A stretch of 64,000 nt of DNA from Schmidtea polychroa (GCA_044892525.1 CM097885.1:171616001-171680000); one strand, 5' to 3'. Shown: positions 39,301 to 50,820, counted from the stretch's first letter. Translations and numbers: made by a program. Notes: generated by a model from the letters alone, not told the origin.

Positions 39301-40507
39301 TAATCATAACAGAACAGAATCATCATCACAGATACAAAGGTAACAAAGTTAATAAGAAATAGTAATATATATAATAATAAATAGTAAATAAAGTATAACT
39401 AAATATTTCAAAGAATCGGGATTAACTGTCCTGGTATTAAATGTCTCCAAATCAAGTGCCGTGGGTCCATAAATATAATTTATAATTAAATTAATTAATT
39501 TATACTAAACAAGCCTTAATTTAAATTTAAATAACATCTTTAATTTAACCCTGATTTTTTTGATTTTCTTTTAAAACGTTTTATCTTTTCAATATTTCTG
39601 AGTATCGTTTTGCATTCTTCATTTTTTAACAAGTAACTTCCTTCGTGTATTTTCTTTATTATTGCATACAGTCCTTCATATCTTTCTTAGTTTTTATTTC
39701 GAATATCGCACTTTATTTCCTATTTTGAAATTTCTAACAGTTTTAGATTCATTTAACGTTTGCGATTTCTGCTACTTTATGCTTATTTTGTTTCCTTTAT
39801 TTATTGCGCTAATATTGTACTATTTTGATCTGTTAATTATTAAATTTGTTGTTACAGTATGAGATATGAGATATATCGGTGACATATAAATATAGCTATA
39901 TGTTAGCAGTTAATTTCACCATTTTGTTGACTCATAACAGCTGGAACCAAAACATTATTTCTCTTTTTAAAAACCAGGGAAATCTTTGGAAAATAAGAAG
40001 CCCTAGTCCTAAACTAAAAATAATTTTTATTTTTTTGAATATTACTCAATAAAATTCATCATTTCATTTATGATCTTCGAACGGTTTAAAACAACCATTA
40101 ACCCTTTGCACCCAAAGATTTTTATATTATGGGTAATCTGCTACCCGAAAGTGGTTTTAATAAAAATTTGTAAAAAATCCAACATAAGAATTTTAAATAT
40201 AAATATTCTATTTCGATGTTTCATGTATGCATACTACAAACATAATATTTGAACATTAAGCTATATAATTTTCCTTGGTGCGAAATTTTAGGAAGTACTT
40301 TCCAAGGTGTATTCTAGGTTTTTGAAAACAAGTATCACAAAAATATACAGTTTCGTGTCTTGTTGAATTTTGATTAATATTAACATGTTTATGCAACCAT
40401 TTGATACCGAATTTTTCATTGTAGTAAATTATCACTAGAAACAGATGATAGTAGAACAGCCATCAGTTCTGTTATACGTTATTCCATGCCAATATTGCCA
40501 GCTAAAG
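15434..40507 (+). CDS. Rho GTPase-activating protein, ARHGAP17/ARHGAP44/SH3BP1 (RICH/Nadrin)-like; partial multi-exon model
   Basis: Phase-compatible GT-AG exons: 15434-15561 (PVFGRELSQHLLTSRRHIAYTLEVCV..EE), 22329-22376 (GLFRIAGG, arginine finger), 22443-22591 (ADCLKQYLRSLPEPLLT), 29285-29689 (LSYLIGFL..NKMTPANLGIVFGPNLL), 32387-32475 (VIELLISNFNYFFP), then a Ser/Thr-rich tail in 32526-32825, 36494-36970, 38729-38963 and 40425-40507. Upstream exons (expected BAR domain) were not identified. Confidence 0.88.
16691..19270 (+). mobile_element. hAT (Ac/ZBED-like) transposon with decayed transposase, in a RhoGAP intron
   Basis: TIR TAGGGCATGCAA; exact TSD GAGGAGAT at 16683-16690 and 19271-19278. 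Peptides FSLTLDEWTSLRNRGCMNVN, TRWNSLLDMLER, KPTSVESE; related to the 12358 element. Confidence 0.9.
17023..17456. mobile_element. non-autonomous hAT-like element nested in the 16691 hAT
   Basis: TIRs TAGGGCCGTAACAAG / CAAGGCCGTAACAAG; flanking 8-mers match only partly (CTTGTTTG versus AGTATTTG). Confidence 0.6.
20360..20620. mobile_element. partial GGGGCCC-type non-autonomous hAT-like element
   Basis: GC-rich ends with the inverted motif TCGGGGCCCG / CGGGGCCCGG and right terminus GGCGGCCTTA; left TIR and TSD not seen. Confidence 0.4.
21444..21505. repeat. (TA)n microsatellite
   Basis: About 30 TA units; shorter (TA)n runs also at ~20276-20304 and ~21848-21876. Confidence 0.95.
23482..24050 (-). 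mobile_element. internally deleted hAT (Tip100/ZMYM-like) element, 569 bp
   Basis: TIR CAGCGCCGT; exact TSD CTTATTTG at 23474-23481 and 24051-24058. Retains the C-terminus TMPITVAHCERSFSKLKLIENYLRSTMSQERLSGLAILSIE (23587-23826). Confidence 0.92.
24365..24482 (+). repeat. interspersed repeat, copy 1 (copy 2 at 30653-30769)
   Basis: Shared TGTTCCCTAAA...CTACCAATTTCACATTACGAAATTT...TACGTCTATTTG.GGTTGACTAA, diverged, same orientation. Confidence 0.75.
25390..26630 (+). pseudogene. Polinton/Maverick-type protein-primed DNA polymerase B remnant
   Basis: Cys-rich N-terminal segment CPNCLCSF; exonuclease-I motif VPFICYVDFEC; motif B FYKLINNSFYCKTLENVRNRQNIKIV; VGFLILELSKLVMY; motif C YGDTDS; FKDEMG..IMRFCGLKSKMY. 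Broken by stops and frameshifts. Confidence 0.85.
26720..27010. repeat. low-complexity repeat block downstream of the polB remnant
   Basis: Repeated ATTTTCCCAA / TTTTTCCCAAG-like units flank a core of CCTCAAGT / CCAAGT units; similar units occur at 63750-64000. Confidence 0.5.
28741..29230 (-). mobile_element. 3' end of a Buster-type hAT
   Basis: TIR CAGGGGTGCCC at 28741 after CCCTAACC; minus peptide FFGSTYLCESAFSHMQIIKSKYRAILTD. Confidence 0.8.
30040..30490 (-). pseudogene. Gypsy/Ty3 retrotransposon aspartic protease fragment
   Basis: GRPSVTVMMNGEIFDCLLDTGARINVMS...CANESTIETIGRTKVKVTIG..EVRFIV...VIGGVELQEAFG, a retropepsin DTG motif. Confidence 0.8.
33084..33234. repeat. ~150-bp near-palindromic foldback element
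   Basis: Arms 33084-33156 and 33163-33234 are reverse complements with a handful of mismatches; 6-nt loop GATTAT. Confidence 0.85.
34052..34094. repeat. perfect 19-bp stem hairpin within an interspersed repeat
   Basis: CCTTTTTCAAGTGATTTTT-CAAAC-AAAAATCACTTGAAAAAGG; 34000-34070 is homologous, inverted, to 51178-51255. Confidence 0.8.
34549..36270 (-). mobile_element. piggyBac transposon remnant with pseudogenised transposase
   Basis: TTAA|CACTAGATTTAC terminus at 34549. Minus peptides RDRFMDILRFIRFD, MPNKPDKFGLKF, YLGFPYLGK, GINITTGNF, GTIRPNQREFP and a Cys-rich C-terminus. The other TIR was not found. Confidence 0.85.
37726..38200. mobile_element. Tigger/pogo-type MITE
   Basis: TIRs CATTGGAACTCCAATATTCGTC / CAGTGGAACTCTAATATTCGTC; TA TSD on both sides. 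Confidence 0.8.
37995..38105. mobile_element. 111-bp TA-flanked MITE nested in the 37726 MITE
   Basis: TIRs CCCTCTAATCGCGCAGATAAGC / CCCTAAAATCGCACAGATAAGC; TA at 37993-37994 and 38106-38107. Confidence 0.75.
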
Positions 40508-40710
40508 GTATTTTTAAACATTTTAAATTGTAATGTTTGCATTAAATTTTTAAAATTTTTAATTTATGTCTTTGCGTAATCAGAAGCTTTGTCGTGTTCT
40601 CATTTAATATATATACCAGAGTATACCAGATTTAATTCGAGATTTAATTTATTCTTTAAAAAGCCCACGTAAGAATCAAATTTCAGAGAATGCCAAATGT
40701 AAAATTGGTA

Positions 40711-41069
40711 CATCCGTGTTATCTTACCCCCAAAAATTAAATTATAAAGTACAATTAAAATAACAATATAAAAAATGAGAGAATACATTATTGATGACGT
40801 TATTGAACATTATTGAACATTAATTTATTAAGGCTATCTGTGATTTATGTGATTATGTGAGTTTATGTGGCGCAAACGTGTTCTAAGCAACAGTGCCGAT
40901 GTGTTCGACACTATTCTCAACGACATTGTGGTTTTCTGACCACCTGGATGACCATTTACAAACTCTTTACAAATATTTGCTGAGTTTGTAACTGTGATTT
41001 AGAAAATAAATATAATAATTATGTGTATTCTTTTTTAATTTAATTTTTCGGGGTAAGATAACACGGAAG
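40711..41069. mobile_element. TA-flanked MITE with ~34-bp TIRs
   Basis: C(A/T)TCCGTGTTATCTTACCCC(C/G)AAAAATTAAATTA inverted at both ends; inserted at the TA of a GGTACC site. Confidence 0.8.
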
Positions 41070-42389
41070 TACCGTAAAATTTACTGATTGAATTAATTTA
41101 ACATTTATTAAAATTTTACTCAAAATGCTTACTAATTTAAGTCATTAAGTTTTTTATTAAATTATTTTTCAGTGTGATCTTTTTTTGAAATATGAGTTGA
41201 GTCACATTATTTTTTCATTATGCTTCCAACTAATTTTCAAAAATATTAAAAAATAGCGACAATTTAAAAAAGGTTTTTCGAAAAATAATATCTTTAAATT
41301 GGTTAAAATTATTATTCTATGTTAAATGTTATTTTCTTAAATTATTCCTATTAATTTGAATTTTTTTCTAACAACTTTTAAATGTTATAAGATATCATAT
41401 TTTTTATTCTCAAATTTTCAAAAATTGACTTTTGTCAATTGAATGATACATAATTTAAAATAAATTTCAGAAATCTGGTGGACATTTAAATTTTATTGTA
41501 ATCCTATAACGAGAATATTTATAATAATATTGTAATGTAATGCGAAAGGTCCTAAAATAATCTGCAACCAAGGGGCACTCAAAATACTACATTATTTCAC
41601 GCATTATGAAAGCCCGAAATTTGTTTATGGATTATTAATCTATTAATTCAATAACAATTTATAATAATTAATTTTATTGGATTATTTTATTTAGGAATAA
41701 ATAATTGATTGGTATTGAAATTTTGTGGAAATTTGTTCTTTATCATCTATCTATTCCTTTGATAAGAAGTTTTATTATTTATTGTTATTATTAAAAGATT
41801 CTGATGCATTTTAACATTTACTTAACAGATAATTTTTGATTAAATATTAATTGTCAGATTGTGAGATATTTATTTGTTATTATTGTAATTTAGTATGGAC
41901 CGATCCTTTCTATACCCTTGTAATAAATCTATTTATTTATAATTTTATTATTATATCAAATTGTCCAAAACTGCATTATCCATTCATGTGATTGGTTATG
42001 TAAGATTATGTTGAATGTCAATTGACGTATGTGTGTGTGTGTGTGCTTTTGGAACTTTTCCTTTTAATTTTTTAGCCGATTCCATAACTGATCAATAGAT
42101 GGATTTATTATTTTTCATCACTTATAGATTTGTGCAATTCCATGAGTCAATATATTGTCATTATATTGATGAATAAATTATGATAAACACATTATATAAT
42201 TCGATTGTGATTATATTGACAATTTCCCAATTTAATTTCCCGAGTCATTTTTTTAAAATTTAAATAATTGGATCTTTCTAAAAAAATTTAAAATTTTTTA
42301 AATGTTAAAAGGTTAAAATCCTGAAAATTAAATAGATCCTTTTTAGAGATAAACGTGCATATGGGTTATTCAAAGAAGATTCTTCTTGG

Positions 42390-42480
42390 GATGCTACTAG
42401 CATGATTAAGTACCTGACTCCAAAGGGTGTCATAAAAGCGGTGTTATGTGTGAAGGATTTTTTAAAATAACAATATTTTT
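42390..42480 (-). pseudogene. possible Gypsy reverse-transcriptase fragment
   Basis: HNTAFMTPFG resembles the conserved KTAFxTPxG motif; the flanks are degenerate. Confidence 0.35.
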
Positions 42481-45400
42481 TAAATACAAAAGGATTTATA
42501 CCGCTGACTTTACTATGAAGGAAAGAGATCAATTGTATAAGCTGTCTTGAATTATTTCTAAGGAATAAAAGCTGGTACTAACTGTCAACAACAAGTTCAT
42601 ATATGGTGTATAAAATGAGAACGGCGGATTGTCCCAAAATTTACGCTATCGTAATTTCCGGAAATACGTGATTTGAATATTCACTCTCAAATTTTAGCAA
42701 TAAAATTATTTAAATATACACAAAATAAAATAGTAATGTATCAATGCTGATACCATGAGGGTATTTCCCGAAATTTAAGCGAGATAGTAAACCCTAACCC
42801 ATAATAAGCTTGTACTGTTCTTACTAGTATCCTTCTGTTAATTTAAAAAATAAAAAGTATTGATGCTTATAAATGATTTTATTTTATAAATATGTTTCCT
42901 ACCAATATTGAACCCTAAACACTTGATTGGATAAATTTGAGAGTTTCTGTTCCAATCACTGTTAATCCAAATGGTCAAATTTTCAGAAAAGTAAATCCAA
43001 TTTTCTGATAAATAAATACACATTCCTAATTTTTCTGAATAAATGATTTCAATATTTTCAGATCTATTAACTATTTCAATTTTTCTGCTGTGGTGTAATT
43101 AACTCTGTATTTTCTTTCAAGTTGCGGGCGCTTAAAATGTGTGTCTTCTAAATGTTCTAGGGTTGCTTGTGGATTTGGCATCCCCTATATTTTCAATTTT
43201 GACCTATGTGGAAGCTAATCACTACCTCCACGAGACAGTCTTTTTGCCTAACTGTTTACTGTTTTTGTCGCTGGATTTTTTGTCTACCACGCACCAATGC
43301 GAAAATGCACTAGCAGGGTAGTACGACGGTATTTTCATCTCCGTCGGTTACAAGGTCGACCAAGTTTTGTACTCGGAGGTTTTTCCACCTTTCCTAGATC
43401 GAAAACTCGACCCGTAAAGGAAGACTTCCAAACCATATACTATGTTTCTCTCTGACGATCACAGTTGCTAACCAGTTCTCCAAATTATGTTGTCTTTGCT
43501 CTACATCAGGTAAGCTTCGGACGCCATTTGAGAACTTGATAGATACCCGTGTTTTCCTCCACCTAGCAATGGGCTGATATAATTTTTGAGCTGTCTCTAA
43601 AATGCATAGTTAATCATATGGAAACAGAAATAAAAAGAATATAAAAGTACTAAAAATAACTGAATTACACATTAAAATTTATTTACTTGAAAATTACATT
43701 ACGCATAAAACAAACTTACCACGTACGCATAAAACAGAAAACTGAGGACAAGTTAACAAGTTAAGTTAAATTGAAAAAATGAATTTTCAATCGGTATTTA
43801 TACTGATTGTGAATGTCCGCCTACGCATTTGCTGCACCTCTATCCAATTTATTTAATTGATTATTTTAAACAATCGAATTATTTAAATAATTTTATTTAT
43901 TTTTTTATCAATTTTAATGGAAAATTATTTAATTTATTCATTTATAAAACTTTTCTTTTTCCTAAATTATGCACTCTTTGCCATACCTCCTTCGTTTGTA
44001 AATTCGAGCCGTAACATTCTTAATTAATTTGATTATGGTCTTTCGTATCTAAACACGACCAATAATCATTCTCAATCATTCATATTATCAATTATTTATT
44101 TTATTTTCGAGTTGGCAGAATTTCTTTTAACTATGTTGGTGATTACAACTTCTTGCCTTTAACAATTTTATTATACGTGTTTTATTTATTCTCAATGTTT
44201 TGTGTACTCTACTTTGTATTATTTGGTGTATAAATATAGATTTTAATTCAACTTGGTGCGGTTTTATGATTTATTTTCGACTCATTAAAACAAGCTCTCA
44301 ATTTTTTTTGTCTAGCCAACAAAGTGTTTGAATAGTTACCATTTCCAAAATTGCCAATTTTTGTTGTTGTCAATCCTGATATTTCTAGTATTCTGTCCCC
44401 TTTTCTTAATTTGATATCGATTTATATATAAATAGAAATTACCAAAAATACCTTAAATTACTATGAATTACTATTAGTAAATACTAGTATTTTTATATTT
44501 ACTATTTTTAATTACTTGTGTTTAAAATAGTAATAACTAATAAAATATCTGTAAAGAATAAGAATAACTTAAGAAATTCAAAAACCTTATTTAAGAAGTT
44601 GTGGTACTATTTATAGTACCCGGTGTGCCGACACCAACACAATCAGCAATAGCTTATTGGGAAATATAACCAGTGACATAATTTGAGGACCCAGACAATC
44701 AAAAATAATTAATCACACATGCAGGCTTAACATAATATAGAGTAGAGGTTATGGAGATCAAATATCTCATTTTAATTACATCACAATATCGTTTATTGAA
44801 TAATCCTAACTCAATCTCGAACCCTAACATTTATAAAAATGAAATTCAAACTAAATTAGAGGTGGATTTAATTTGTTAGTGTTCCATTAAAACTGGCGTT
44901 AGATATAAAAAATTATTGACAAATTTTTTACTGCCGACCAACTCAGTCAATTTAATGATCAGAATAAAAATTTGGATTCCAAGACCTCAGAATGTGCCAA
45001 TTTCCCAATGTCATAAATTGATTCTGTCAAAACGTGTTGCAATTCAAATAAAACAATAACCAGTGCGATATTTGTGTGAGAATTTTTATGTGTAATTTGC
45101 GTCGTTTAGTGCATTTGTTTTTTTGGAATTTGATTTTGGGAATATTAGAGTTGTGTCTTTTTGTTTATGTTCATTAATTGTGCATTATTTTTCTGTGTGC
45201 TTTTAATTTCAAATAAATCTCAGTTGAAACTTGTTTGATTTGAGTTGATATTATTTAAAACATTTCGAAAAACCTAAGTACACCCGTTTGGTATGTACAA
45301 CCCATATTAAATAGATGCGTCATTATTTGTGATTGAATTTTTTGAAATGCATGTTATGTGGTAAATACTTATTTAGCTATTTTAACTATTTGTATTTAGC

Positions 45401-46304
45401 CATTTACAAATGGCTTTCAAGTAATTTTTTTTATTTAAAGTAAACTTTAAGGTTTGAATTTTGATCCATATAGATATGAGATCATTATTCAAGCTCTTAA
45501 ATGATACTTTTTATCAACATATTTTATTATAAATTATTTTTAATTAGTTTTTCAGGATTTTTATGAAATTTTAGAAAGTTATTTGGAATTATTTCGATAT
45601 AATGTAAGTCAGATATATGTTTGAATATAAGTAAACATTTTTAAAGGGATTAATTGGTCGAAATTTGTCATGTTTTATTAAAAAAACTAATATTAAATTT
45701 ATTTAAAATTGATAATAAATCTTACGAAATAATGTCTTTATTATCTATTCAACTCAAAGTTGAGTTTTCGAAATTTTCGTCAAAATTTTATTGGTCATTT
45801 TTTTCCAAAAAATTCTAAAAATGTCTGTAAATGATTTATTATAGTGCGTTTATTCATTTCAACAATTCTACATATCGAAAATTTGCATGCATTTTTTACT
45901 ATGTGTTGTGTTTGTGTGTGTCAGTTTATTTTTTCTACCACTTTCTCACTTTCTATATTAAATGCGTTTATTCATTGCAACGCTAAAAATCAACACACAT
46001 GTAAGTTTGTATGTTTATATAATGAAAACATATTGATTTTATTTTTATATTATAGACACGTTTATTCAGTGCAAACAGGTATAATACTGCCACAACACAG
46101 GATAACATACTTCCCCTAGTGCCTGTTTACTGGAATAAAGCCCCTTTTTTCATAGTCAATAAAGTGGTCATACAAGGACAGTGACATTACTTTTACCATT
46201 GGTTGTATTTTAAAACAATTGCAACTATTTTGCCATGTGTATTTTTGTTCCCAAAAATATTTTTTATCAAAAAGTTAATTTTTTTCTCTTTTTGTTATTT
46301 TCAG

Positions 46305-46363
46305 CTATGAAATATTTCAAGTCAGAAATAAAGTCCGATGGAGAGTTTAATTTACTAAAATAA
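46305..46363 (+). CDS. candidate terminal exon of the RhoGAP gene
   Basis: Strong pyrimidine-rich acceptor (TTTTTGTTATTTTCAG); phase fits the 40507 donor; reads AMKYFKSEIKSDGEFNLLK* followed by AATAAA. An alternative acceptor exists at 45556. Confidence 0.35.
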
Positions 46364-46901
46364 ATATTTAAAAAAATAAATGTTAAAGTCAAAATTCTAG
46401 TAAACTATTCTATTTGTTGTATTTAATAGATAGTGGATAACTGCGAAAGGAGCATCTACCATTAGGTAGAAGAGTTCTAATTCCTATAAACCTATAGTTT
46501 TTTTTTCTAAGGATATGAAGGAACAAAAACACTTAAATCCATTGTATTAAATAAGTTTAAATAATCGAAAAGTAATCATTCATACGTCGGATATTTGACA
46601 GTCTAATCGTACATAGGTAGGTCCAAATCAGGTCTCACTCACATGGAGTTCGGATACCAATTAGAACATCTTGTTTAAATGGATAATAATTAAGTTCTTC
46701 AATATCCTGTCTAAATATTTTCATAAAAAAAAATAATAATTTGTATCGACAAGGTTGGTTGTCATCACTATCTGGTCTAGAAGCTAATAAGAAAGTTGGA
46801 AAAGTGATATTCAATGAAATGGCTAAAATTCGGTTTTCACAGTTTCCCTAATAACAATATTGACAATTTTATTACAAAATAAGTTATTTGTATAATTTTA
46901 T

Positions 46902-48917
46902 TTATTTCCAATCTTTTATTCGCAATTCCCATTGATCTTCAGCGGGTAATTCAATTTCTTCAATAGTTACGTCCCGATAGTTCTTGTCATAGGTTTGAAC
47001 TCTAATATTTTCCAAATCACTGTCAGAATTGCTTAATGAGTCCGATATTTCAGAAATCGAGCTTCTAGATCTAGTTTCATCATTACTTTTATCTATGCTA
47101 TTAATTTTTTTTTGATCCTTTGGTTCAAAAATATCTTTATTTTGATAATCATTAATAGAATATTTTGGAGAAATTTCATATGCAACTTTAATCGAAGCTT
47201 CTGTTTTCGTGTTTTCATCTTTATTCGAGTCCCTTGGGATTATGTTTTGATATTTCTCTGGTGAAGATTTTGAAATTAATTTAGATTCGTCAAGTTTTCG
47301 TTTTTTAATAACAGCCAAAGCGAAACAGTTTGTGAGAATATAGCAAATATAATATATAGAACATTTGAATAAATATATTAATAAAATGATACACATTAAA
47401 AAGCTTATTCCGCAACATAACCCTATAACACCTCCAAACCCTGAAATTAAACTAATAATATCTGTTGCGCGTTCTTCCTGCCATGTGTCAATGAATTCGG
47501 CTTCAGACTTTACAACCAATCTTAACATATTTGCGCCTTTCATATCAGAATTGGTTTGATATAATTTTTCAAAATCTGGATTCAAAAATTGACCTTGTTT
47601 TAATTTCTGATAATATGATTTAAAATATCTAGCGGAAATGGATAGATCACTTATTGAACTGACTTGATAAAGTTTAGTCTCATAAATATCCTTAAAACAG
47701 ACCATACTGCAAACGTTTAGTCTCAGTAGTTTCAAATTATTCGGATCATCTTTATAATTAACAAGATCTTTCGGTGACACATATTTATCCAGTATCTCTG
47801 TTGATGAGAGGGCGATTTGGATTTCATGACAGAAAAAGTTTCGCCTTATTTGTTCGGATGTTTTATGAATAATATATCGACAGAAATTATTCAAGGTTTG
47901 AGAAGAATTTTCATAATAAGGAACAAACATTTGATCCGAATAACAGCCACAGGTTTTATTGATAAACAACTGTTTTTTATTTGCTATGCAATCTTCATAT
48001 GTGTAATTGTATTCGAAGAATTTAAAGTCTCCTCGAAAATTCTGATATCTGAAGGTAGGAGGATTTTCAAAACAAGGTTTACGTCGGTTTTCATTCGAAT
48101 TATATTTTAAGCTAGTAACAGCCAGCGAAGTATGGGTTCCATAACGCAAGGAAAAACTAGTTGGTGTGTAGCTTATTTCGTGAGACGGAAACGTTAAAGG
48201 TTTATGAATAATAACATTGATTCCGTCGTTTTCTTTGTTCGAAAATAAATTTAAATCTTCCAAATCATTCAAAATCATAAATGAATCTCTAACTTCGTTC
48301 GTATAATATATAATATTTAGACCCATTCCAGTTCGAATGTTTCGTTTTTGAGGTCTGAATTCAAAACATTTAATATATCTTGGATGAACGATCTCTGTAA
48401 AATTGAAAAATGAGCATTCCTCACCATTATACTCACAGTATATTATGTGTAAATATAATTTCACGGCGTAAGTGTTTTCATTCTTTAACATTTGCAAAAG
48501 AATGCCACTCTGTAGAGTTTCCTTAGTGATTTTCACTGATGCTTTTCGCAAAGTTTCTTTGGTTTGATTGGAAAGTCTTTCGAAATTGACTCGAAAATTT
48601 GGATCAGAATTATCAGAAAATGGAGATTTCGGACAAATCGTAACGTCAGGAAATTGAAATTGGAAACTGGATATTTTGATTTGGGTCACTAATGGGTATT
48701 CTTTATACGCTAATATTAGATCATAAATCATTGTAAACAAGATATAATATACAAATAGAAAAACTAAAATCCAAAATATACTTAGAAAGCCTGATCTTAT
48801 AAAAATGTGTTTTAGTCCGTTGTCTTTTTGACAAAATTCTTTGAAAAATTGCATTGATTTCTTTTGAAATTTCAGTTTTAGAATTTTTATATTGTTTGGT
48901 TTAATGCTAACCATCAT
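46902..48917 (-). CDS. DEG/ENaC (amiloride-sensitive sodium channel family) subunit, single exon
   Basis: Uninterrupted ORF of ~671 aa from the first ATG (the ORF track starts at a TTG at 48926). TM1 FLSIFWILVFLFVYYILF, YPLVTQI, FPDVTICP, CEYNGEEC, Cys-rich thumb (YTYEDC..CGC..C..CHE..CSMVC), TM2 LISGFGGVIGLCCGIS with the G-x-S belt, and a long acidic/Ser-rich C-terminal tail. Confidence 0.93.
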   Translation of the reverse strand: MMVSIKPNNIKILKLKFQKKSMQFFKEFCQKDNGLKHIFIRSGFLSIFWILVFLFVYYILFTMIYDLILAYKEYPLVTQIKISSFQFQFPDVTICPKSPFSDNSDPNFRVNFERLSNQTKETLRKASVKITKETLQSGILLQMLKNENTYAVKLYLHIIYCEYNGEECSFFNFTEIVHPRYIKCFEFRPQKRNIRTGMGLNIIYYTNEVRDSFMILNDLEDLNLFSNKENDGINVIIHKPLTFPSHEISYTPTSFSLRYGTHTSLAVTSLKYNSNENRRKPCFENPPTFRYQNFRGDFKFFEYNYTYEDCIANKKQLFINKTCGCYSDQMFVPYYENSSQTLNNFCRYIIHKTSEQIRRNFFCHEIQIALSSTEILDKYVSPKDLVNYKDDPNNLKLLRLNVCSMVCFKDIYETKLYQVSSISDLSISARYFKSYYQKLKQGQFLNPDFEKLYQTNSDMKGANMLRLVVKSEAEFIDTWQEERATDIISLISGFGGVIGLCCGISFLMCIILLIYLFKCSIYYICYILTNCFALAVIKKRKLDESKLISKSSPEKYQNIIPRDSNKDENTKTEASIKVAYEISPKYSINDYQNKDIFEPKDQKKINSIDKSNDETRSRSSISEISDSLSNSDSDLENIRVQTYDKNYRDVTIEEIELPAEDQWELRIKDWK

Positions 48918-50324
48918 TAGGCTCAATATTAAATCAAATATTATATTATTAATTAAAGTTAAAAAATATATATATAAAGTGGCAAGTGATGAAGCTGAAA
49001 AAGTTAGCTTGCATTTGCCTGTTGTTACATGTATTAACTTTTGAGGAATTAAGTTTCAATTTCATAATGATTAAGTAACAGTCTTTAATATCCTAGAATC
49101 TAGGACCTAGATATTAATAATTTTACAATAATACATCCAAGTGCTCAAGTAGTTCGGGAATTAAGCAGAAATTTGAATAAAAATTTTAAAAAATCCAATA
49201 ACAGGTTTTATAAACATTTAAAGAAAATAATTAGAAAAAAATTATATTTTTTGAATGAAATTCATAATTCTACAAATGTTTGATTGTAAAAAACTGTTAC
49301 GGATCGAAAAATCGATGGAAAAATATCGAAACTAAAACATTTGTTTAACCGAATTACTTCAGGAAATTAGCCATAGTGGGAAATTATTCCTATAAAATGA
49401 CAAATCTTCCAGAAAAACTTGCATTATTTTCAGTGTAATTCCAGAAAAGACATAAAATTCAAATATATAAAGCAGTAAATTCTAATTTTTATTCACAAAA
49501 GATCTGTTTAACTTTCTTCTTTGAATTGATTACTGTAATGTATGGTTATTTTATATTTTTTTATGTAGTTTATTAAAATTTAATACGGATCACAATTTCA
49601 ATCGTCACGCGTTATGTGTAAAGAAATTTAAAAAAAACTGTATAGCGATAATTTACCATAAATTATCGATATAGAAAATTGACAAATAAAAAAATGAGAT
49701 CAGTAAAAAATTCAGAAAGTTGGAAATGAAATATTACGCAAAAGAAGAAATATTTGAAACGAAACTCAGGAAGGTATATCAAGTATATTAAGCGAAATTT
49801 TTCAATTGTCACAGAAAAGAAAAAGTTACAGAAATAAAGCCGAAAACATCAATTGACCCAAAAAAATATAATATAAATAAAGCCCAGAAAATAGTAAAGG
49901 AATCTCGAAAGATAACCAAACGATATTAATTCGCCAAGACAATATAGCAGATACATTATCCAATAAAAATTTGAATTACAATATCGTGATCTAGAGCATT
50001 TCAGGCTTGTCTTTGTCCAGTAACTAAAGGTCCTTATTTTAATTATTTTATGAATAAAAGTTCAAAGTTGTATAATTGTTATTGTTAGTTTATTATTTAC
50101 ATTGTAGCCATACTATATGTTATCATCACACAGTTTTTTTTTCATTTTTCTTTCATTTTTGATGAACCGACCGAATTATTTTATATTTTTGTATTAGTTT
50201 TCGTTTCCTTCATGTATATTCCCTTTATTGTCTTATCTTATTAATATATTATTAATATATTATTAATATATTAATATATTATTAATATATTATTAATATA
50301 TATATATGTCGTAGGCAAATGGTA

Positions 50325-50530
50325 ATTTTAGGAAAATAACATTTGGCTAGGCAAATGCCATTTGCCTGGTCAAATAGCTTTAGCTATTATTTCATTTCCA
50401 TTGCTTGGGGGTGTGTGGTGTTGAATGTACGTGTACCCTTGTGACCCGTACCCCTAGGGGGACAAATTATGGAAATGAAATAATAACTAAAGCTGGCATT
50501 TTGTCTAGCCAAATGTTATTTTCCTAAAAT
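50325..50530. mobile_element. foldback/MITE-like element
   Basis: Arms ATTTTAGGAAAATAACATTTGGCTAG..GCTTTAGCTATTATTTCATTTCCA and their reverse complement surround a GC-richer core. Confidence 0.7.
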
Positions 50531-50599
50531 ACAACTTATATATACATCGTACGAATACTTATTGAGAACAAAACCACATAACAATTACTAACAACTTGC

Positions 50600-50820
50600 T
50601 GCTAGCCGCTAAGTATTAACATCCAAGTTCTTACACATACCAAGAACCAATTATCAAGTACTAACTACTGGGTACCAACAACCAGGTACCATCAACTAGA
50701 TACCAACAACTGAGTACTTACAACCAAGAACTTATAAAAAATAGAAACTACCAGATACCAACTACCAAACACCAACAACCGATGACAGATAATCAAGTAC
50801 AACCAGATACTAACAATTAA
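50600..50820. repeat. degenerate minisatellite
   Basis: Recurring ~14-nt units such as TACCAACAACCAGG / TACCAACAACTGAG / TACCAACTACCAAA. Confidence 0.55.

Noticed and set aside
42785-42805. CCCTAA motifs as interstitial telomere
   Set aside because: Only one or two units at scattered sites.
49720-49930. KRABA2/Ginger-like integrase peptide (MKYYAKEEIFE..)
   Set aside because: Similarity rests on a few residues; no HHCC or DDE motif, and it lies outside the 50118-53126 inverted repeats.
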